Shown here: positions 58,641 through 64,000 of the stretch, piece after piece
Position numbering within the stretch: position 1 is the stretch's first letter
How the letters are laid out: every line of letters begins with the position of its first letter
NCBI GenBank assembly: GCA_040755455.1
Contig: JBFMAY010000001.1
Span: forward strand, 294,164 to 358,163
Direction of reading: 5' to 3'
Length of the DNA stretch: 64,000 nt
Source: Thermodesulfobacteriota bacterium
GTDB taxonomy: Bacteria; Desulfobacterota; Desulfobulbia; Desulfobulbales; SURF-16
Position numbers and translations under genes: made by a program
Notes under the pieces: model-generated
Seen by the model: only the letters and a program-made list of their open reading frames with translations
Databases searched by the model: none
Told to the model about the DNA's origin: nothing

Positions 58641-60300
58641 GCTGGCCACCTTTGTAAGCGGGCAGATCTACCATGATGTTGGTATAGTGCCCAGGTTCGC
58701 TGTCGATACGTAAAAAACCGTTGAACTTTTTTATCAACCCTTGGCTGATACTGAGACCTAGCCCGGTGCCCTCTCCTGATTTTTTGGTGGAGAAAAAAGT
58801 ATTGCAGACAAAGTCAATGATGCCGGCGGGAATGCCGATGCCGTAATCTTTGATCGATGTCCGGACATAGATTTTTCCTGCCTCGAACGTAGTAGTGATT
58901 TGGAGATCAAGCCGTTTGTTTTTGTCCTTTCCTTTGAATTTTTCGTTTAATGCATATCGAGCATTACTGAAAAGGTTAATAAAGACTTGCTCAAGCTGTT
59001 GTGGATGCACCCAGACATTGGGAACATCTGGCTGAATATTAATAGCAATAATTATGCCATCTTTTATCAGCTGATGCTGGACCAGAGCGAGAGAATTTTC
59101 CAAGACATCAGGCACGTTTGTTTCCATAAATGCCTGACTGTCATCATCTCCTTGGCGGGCAAAGGAAAGGAGTTTGCTGACGATATCGGCAATTCTCTCG
59201 CCCTCACAGATAACACGCTTGAGTATTGGAGAGATTGTCTCCTTGTTCCCAATATCGTCCAGCAGAATCTGGGCATAATTTATGATGCCATTGATGGGAT
59301 TGTTGATTTCGTGAGCAACTCCGGCTGCCAGTTCGCCGATGGAGGCCAGTTGGCTGGTCCGGATTTTTTTTGCCGCATAGGCCTTTTCCTCCGTTATATC
59401 GTTGAGCAGGATGAGGCACTTCGTGTTACCGTCAATGTCCTTAAACGGAGAGTAGCTCTGGCTGAAATAACGGCCATTGCTCATAAGTTCCTCAGCCCGT
59501 TGCACCTGGCCGGTTGTTATGGCTTCAGTCATCAGGCACGGATCGCAGGGTTTGGATCGCTGTTTATAGATCTCGTAGCAATGGCGCCCGATTGCATCGC
59601 CAAGCAGGGAAAGAACCACATCATTCTGGAATTCTATTTTATAGTCGGCGTTGAGGATGTGCATCCCCTGTTTCATGGCCATCAGCATGCAGTGGAATTT
59701 GTCCCTTTCGCCCCGGAGAATTCTTTCAATTTCCTGCCGGCGGGTGATCTGCTCGGCAAGAATCTCATTGCTTTTCACCAACTCTTCCGTCCGCTCAAAA
59801 ACACGCTGTTCCAGTTCCTCGTGCCCCTTCTCCAGCATCTCCGCGTACTTGTTTCTCTCTGTGACATCCCGGAACGATTCAACAACTCCCAGAAGCTCAC
59901 CATCCTTGTTGTTGAGCGGGGAGGCCTGCACTTCAAAAAAACGTTTCTGGCCATTGGCCCGGATGTGTTCAATTTCTATAATGGCCGTTGAGTCGCTCTC
60001 GAGCACCATGATCAGCGGGCAGTCTCTGCCTGCTTTATTGCAGGGGATGTCTGAGTCAAAAATCAGGTTGTAGCAGAATGGTTCGGTTGCGTGAATACAG
60101 GCGTTGGATTTGGCAAAGTTACAGGCTGCCCTGTTGGCAAATTTCACTCGGAAGTCAGTGCCGATAACTATGATGGGATCAACAACTTCATCGATTATGG
60201 ATGACAGAAACTGGTACTGTTTGTTCAGGGAAACCCAGAAGGCATTCTCATCTGCCGTGGAAATCGTTTTGTCAGTACTGTTCAATGAGGGGGGTTGCAT
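58624..60300 (-). CDS. Cytoplasmic multi-PAS histidine kinase
   Basis: Two Cys-rich PAS domains and GVAHEINNPINGIINYAQ; no TM helix. Confidence 0.9.
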   Translation of the reverse strand: MQPPSLNSTDKTISTADENAFWVSLNKQYQFLSSIIDEVVDPIIVIGTDFRVKFANRAACNFAKSNACIHATEPFCYNLIFDSDIPCNKAGRDCPLIMVLESDSTAIIEIEHIRANGQKRFFEVQASPLNNKDGELLGVVESFRDVTERNKYAEMLEKGHEELEQRVFERTEELVKSNEILAEQITRRQEIERILRGERDKFHCMLMAMKQGMHILNADYKIEFQNDVVLSLLGDAIGRHCYEIYKQRSKPCDPCLMTEAITTGQVQRAEELMSNGRYFSQSYSPFKDIDGNTKCLILLNDITEEKAYAAKKIRTSQLASIGELAAGVAHEINNPINGIINYAQILLDDIGNKETISPILKRVICEGERIADIVSKLLSFARQGDDDSQAFMETNVPDVLENSLALVQHQLIKDGIIIAINIQPDVPNVWVHPQQLEQVFINLFSNARYALNEKFKGKDKNKRLDLQITTTFEAGKIYVRTSIKDYGIGIPAGIIDFVCNTFFSTKKSGEGTGLGLSISQGLIKKFNGFLRIDSEPGHYTNIMVDLPAYKGGQHDGQH

Positions 60301-60327
60301 TTTTTTGTCCTCGTGTTGCTTGGCTTA

Positions 60328-62388
60328 TCATTCTGTCTGGACCGGGAGTTCAATGATTACCCGTGTATACTTCCCGGCCTCGCTTTCCAGTGACATCTGG
60401 CCCTGAAAACTTTGAACTATGCTTTGGCTGATACTCAATCCCAGACCTGTCCCTTCCCCTGGTTTTTTGGTGGAGAAAAAGGGGTTGAAAACCATATTGA
60501 TTATTTGCTTGTCAATACCGGTTCCATAATCAGTAAACATAATTCTCACCTGGCTTCCTTTCTCTTTTTGCACCAGGGAGGTATTGATCTCAAGAAGTTT
60601 GTTGGGGGCTGAGCCTTTGTAGCGATCATTCAAGGCATGCCGGGCATTGCTGAGCAGATTGACAAAAACCTGCTGGAGCTGATGCGGGTGAATTCGCAGT
60701 GGCGGGATATTCTCCGGAAAATATATGTGGGTAATAATTCCATCTTTGAGAAATTGATGTTCAAAAAGGGAGAATGAATCCTCCAGTACATTTTTGATAT
60801 CAATTTGTCCGAAGGAGTCCTTTTCATCCTCTCTTTGGCGGGCAAAGGCGAGGAGTTTGCTGACAATATCCGCGACGCGTTCCCCTTCACTGATCAGGCG
60901 TGCCAGTAAAACATTTCTCGGGTCATTTGGCTCGGTATCATCCATGATGATCTGGGCATAATTAATAATACCGTTGATCGGATTATTGATTTCATGGGCA
61001 ACGCCCGCGGCAAGCTCTCCGATTGAAGCAAGTTGGGCGGTACGCAGAGTTTTCACCCTGTTTGCCTTTTCGACGGTGATATCCCGCAGGAGCACCAGGC
61101 ATTTTGTCTGTCCGTCAGTGTCCTTGAAAGGGGCATAGCTCTGGCTGTAATGCCTGCCCTGGAATAGGATGTCATCGCCATGCTCTATCTGGTTGTTTCT
61201 AATAACATTGTGCATGCGGCAGTTGGAGCAGGGCTCATTGCGCTGTTTGTAAACCTTATAGCATTTTGCGCCAATCTGGTCGCCGAAGATATTTTTCAGG
61301 ACATCATTCTGGAACTCGATCTCATAGTTGGCATTGATAATATGCAGGCCCTGTTTGATTGCCGCGATCATTCCCTGAATTTTATCTCTCTCGCTGCGCA
61401 GCATCATATCCATTTGTTTAAGCTGGGTGATGTCTTCAAAGGATTCAATGCCGCCGATGACTTTGCCGTTGGGGTCACGCAGGAAGTCCGAGCTTTTCAA
61501 AATGTATAATTTACGCCCATCCTTGGTGCGCAAGGTGCATTCATGTCTAATGATGGGTTTTGCTATCTCGTCGGAAAGAAGCATGCATGGCTGCGAACAG
61601 AAGATAAAGCATTTTCGGCCCTTGATTTCGTCGTGGGAGTAACCGGTGATCTCCTCTGTTCTCTTGTTCCATGATGTAACATAGCGATCTGAATCCACTG
61701 TGAAAATAGCACTGGGCGATAGCTGGTAGAGAAGTTCCGCCTGTTCCTTGGACCAGAGCATTTGCTGTTCGATCTCTTGGCGTTGTTTAATCTCCTGGCG
61801 CAGGGCCTGGTTCAGATCGATCAGTTCATTCATTCTTTCCTGAACCCGCAGCTCAAGAAAATCATGGCCGTTTTCCAGCATTTTCTGTTCAATTCGTTGC
61901 TGGGTCACATCCCGGATGGTTGAAACGATGCCAACCAGGGTTCCATCAGGCCCCCAGATGGGTGAGCCGAGAAGCTCGTAGATAATTTTGTCACCGTTTG
62001 CCAGTGGAATCGTGTAATCCATGGTGGCATGCCTGCCCTCCTGGATAACTTTCTGCAGCAGGCAGCTTTGGCCGTTCTGATCGCATTTCGTGTCAGAGTT
62101 GAAAAGCAACTTATGGCAAGGAATCTCCTCTTCCTTGTCGAAAAATAACTTGCCGGAGATTTGATAGGCGGCTTTGTTGGCGTATTTAACTTTATAATTC
62201 GTATCAATGACTATAAGAGGTTCAATCAACTCATTAATAAAGGATTCGAAAAAATGATATCTTCTGGGCCAGTCGGCATTGTCATTCCGTACTCCGGGGG
62301 GCCTCTGCTCCAGTTGCGCAATGCGGGATTCCAGCCTGGTTATTTCGTCGAGAAGCTCTTTTTGGGTCTTATTATTGATGACAGGCAT
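60328..62388 (-). CDS. Cytoplasmic multi-PAS histidine kinase, paralog of its neighbour
   Basis: Three PAS domains, the same H-box and HATPase. Confidence 0.9.
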   Translation of the reverse strand: MPVINNKTQKELLDEITRLESRIAQLEQRPPGVRNDNADWPRRYHFFESFINELIEPLIVIDTNYKVKYANKAAYQISGKLFFDKEEEIPCHKLLFNSDTKCDQNGQSCLLQKVIQEGRHATMDYTIPLANGDKIIYELLGSPIWGPDGTLVGIVSTIRDVTQQRIEQKMLENGHDFLELRVQERMNELIDLNQALRQEIKQRQEIEQQMLWSKEQAELLYQLSPSAIFTVDSDRYVTSWNKRTEEITGYSHDEIKGRKCFIFCSQPCMLLSDEIAKPIIRHECTLRTKDGRKLYILKSSDFLRDPNGKVIGGIESFEDITQLKQMDMMLRSERDKIQGMIAAIKQGLHIINANYEIEFQNDVLKNIFGDQIGAKCYKVYKQRNEPCSNCRMHNVIRNNQIEHGDDILFQGRHYSQSYAPFKDTDGQTKCLVLLRDITVEKANRVKTLRTAQLASIGELAAGVAHEINNPINGIINYAQIIMDDTEPNDPRNVLLARLISEGERVADIVSKLLAFARQREDEKDSFGQIDIKNVLEDSFSLFEHQFLKDGIITHIYFPENIPPLRIHPHQLQQVFVNLLSNARHALNDRYKGSAPNKLLEINTSLVQKEKGSQVRIMFTDYGTGIDKQIINMVFNPFFSTKKPGEGTGLGLSISQSIVQSFQGQMSLESEAGKYTRVIIELPVQTE

Positions 62389-62585
62389 TGAGGCCAGCCC
62401 TTTCTATGGATGTATGTTGAGATTTGCTGAGATACAGGAAGCGGATTCATTATCATAACAGACTTCGTGATGCGTACTGCCATGGTAAATTTTAACAGCA
62501 AATTTCTTGCCAGTATAAAGTGATGTCCATCTCTTCCTCCAAAAACATGCTATATTTTTTGGGGGAAGTTGTGCAAAAATGTGAT

Positions 62586-63995
62586 TTACAGATCCGTACA
62601 TACACCAAAACTTGCAGGGTTCCCTTGAAAGGTAACATGTTTGATACGTAAATCAAGCCATCCCTCTTCACCTGTTTTCTTGATGATCATTACTTCGTAT
62701 TGCTCCGGGGGTGATCCGACTTTCTGGGTTTCCATGATTTTAGAACGCAGATATCCCCGGTAATCCGGATGAAAGATGTCCCACCAGTTCATGCTGAAAA
62801 GCTCTTCAGCTGTGTATCCTGTAATAAGCTCCATGACGGAGTTGACATAGATGAGTTTCGGACCTTGGGTGATAAAGAGGCCGGAACGGGTAAATTCGGC
62901 TATGGTGCGCAGCCGTACCTCTTTTTCCTTCTGTTCAAGCTGGTTTTTGTCAATGGCGTCCAGCATGGTATTGATCGAGGTGGACAGGCTGGCGAATTCG
63001 TCTGAGCCTGATACCTGAACCCGGAAAGCCGGATGGGCTGACTTGCTGATTTTCAACACATCATTGTTGAGTACAGCCAATCTGTTGAGCACCAGTCTGT
63101 CCAGAATAATGAAGACCACAAAAGAAAAGGTGATGCTGGTGATAATAGTTGTCCAGAGCAGATAAGTCAGCGTACGATGTCCCTGAATGTGAATGGTTCT
63201 TGGCAGTGTCAGGCGAAGAAGAAGAAGAGACTGGCCGAAGATGTCTTTCATGACGCCGTAGCCGGCTATGAGTTCGTTGTCCAGGGGTCTGATGATGAAA
63301 TTGTCAGGGTTGAGCAGAATGGTGTCGAGAATCGCAAAAGAGTCGTTATGAGGTAGAGGCGTATTGATAATATGCACGGAGAAATCCATCTTGGTTATGT
63401 CTTGTATCGTCTGAATTCGCGTCTCGTCAAGGATACGCATCATGATCAGCGTGCCCCGGGTCGGCCCTTCTCCGTCACTTTTCAAGATAGGCCGGGCGGA
63501 AATGAGCAGGACATCGTCGGAAATCATAATGATTCCGGTGAAATGACTGTCGTTGGTTGGATGGTGGAAAAGCTGTTTGTGATCGGCGAGTTGCGAAAGG
63601 AAATTGGCGGGAACAGGAATCAGGGCTTTTTGCCCAGAATCATAGAAGGTTCCGTGGACAAGCTTACCCTCAGTATCGAAGTAGAGCAGATAGTCAATTT
63701 TCGCACTTGAAAGGAATGTCTCTTCAACAATATTCGCTTCCTCATATTCCTTGTTGAGATTTTGGATGAAAACGTAGGTGTCATCCCAGCTGGCCCAGTC
63801 GTGGGTGATGGTATCAAGGGACTTGGACTGATAATCGATGATGGCCTTGATCCGGGCAATGTTGTCATGCACATTATGCTCTTCTATTATGTCGAAATTA
63901 TTAAGAATGACATTTTTAAAAAGAAAATAGAAGATTACGGTCAAACTCAGAGAGACCACACCGATACTGATCAGAACTTTTTTACGAATACCCAT
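62586..63995 (-). CDS. CHASE4-HAMP-PAS membrane sensor without an output domain
   Basis: DWASWDDTY (CHASE4), two TM helices, HAMP and PAS; stop codon falls immediately after the PAS domain. Confidence 0.82.
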   Translation of the reverse strand: MGIRKKVLISIGVVSLSLTVIFYFLFKNVILNNFDIIEEHNVHDNIARIKAIIDYQSKSLDTITHDWASWDDTYVFIQNLNKEYEEANIVEETFLSSAKIDYLLYFDTEGKLVHGTFYDSGQKALIPVPANFLSQLADHKQLFHHPTNDSHFTGIIMISDDVLLISARPILKSDGEGPTRGTLIMMRILDETRIQTIQDITKMDFSVHIINTPLPHNDSFAILDTILLNPDNFIIRPLDNELIAGYGVMKDIFGQSLLLLRLTLPRTIHIQGHRTLTYLLWTTIITSITFSFVVFIILDRLVLNRLAVLNNDVLKISKSAHPAFRVQVSGSDEFASLSTSINTMLDAIDKNQLEQKEKEVRLRTIAEFTRSGLFITQGPKLIYVNSVMELITGYTAEELFSMNWWDIFHPDYRGYLRSKIMETQKVGSPPEQYEVMIIKKTGEEGWLDLRIKHVTFQGNPASFGVCTDL

Positions 63996-64000
63996 TGCCA

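Overview
This gene-dense bacterial window is most consistent with an anaerobic Desulfobacterota genome; that assignment is inferred from gene content only. The first ~21 kb is GC-rich. It holds a class A penicillin-binding protein (runs off the left edge), a very long pentapeptide-repeat protein, a volactin-like actin homolog, hrpA, secreted proteins, a porin / small binding protein / degenerate GGDEF triad and a sigma54 two-component pair. The centrepiece (~21-54.4 kb) is an extracellular-electron-transfer island with ten multiheme c-type cytochromes. By manual count they carry 103 CXXCH motifs plus 3 non-canonical ones. Two genes (34607 and 47110) show the ordered motif fingerprint of the Geobacter OmcS nanowire cytochrome, but with a CX5CH heme site and no N-terminal His. 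They sit in an OmcS-companion-like assembly cluster: outer-membrane beta-barrel, three CsgG-like proteins, a PPIase chaperone, 26- and 16-heme cytochromes and beta-propellers. A sigma54-driven cytochrome c3 / Tat Fe-S / NrfD quinone-interacting module flanks the cluster. A RegB/RegA pair lies inside the island, and a RegA/RegR-type box (TGCGACAATTTGCCRYA-like) recurs at five intergenic sites, including directly upstream of the putative nanowire gene. The right end carries ftsH, a sigma54 activator and PAS sensor kinases. No rRNA, tRNA, CRISPR or mobile element was seen. Homology calls come from recalled motifs, not from database searches.
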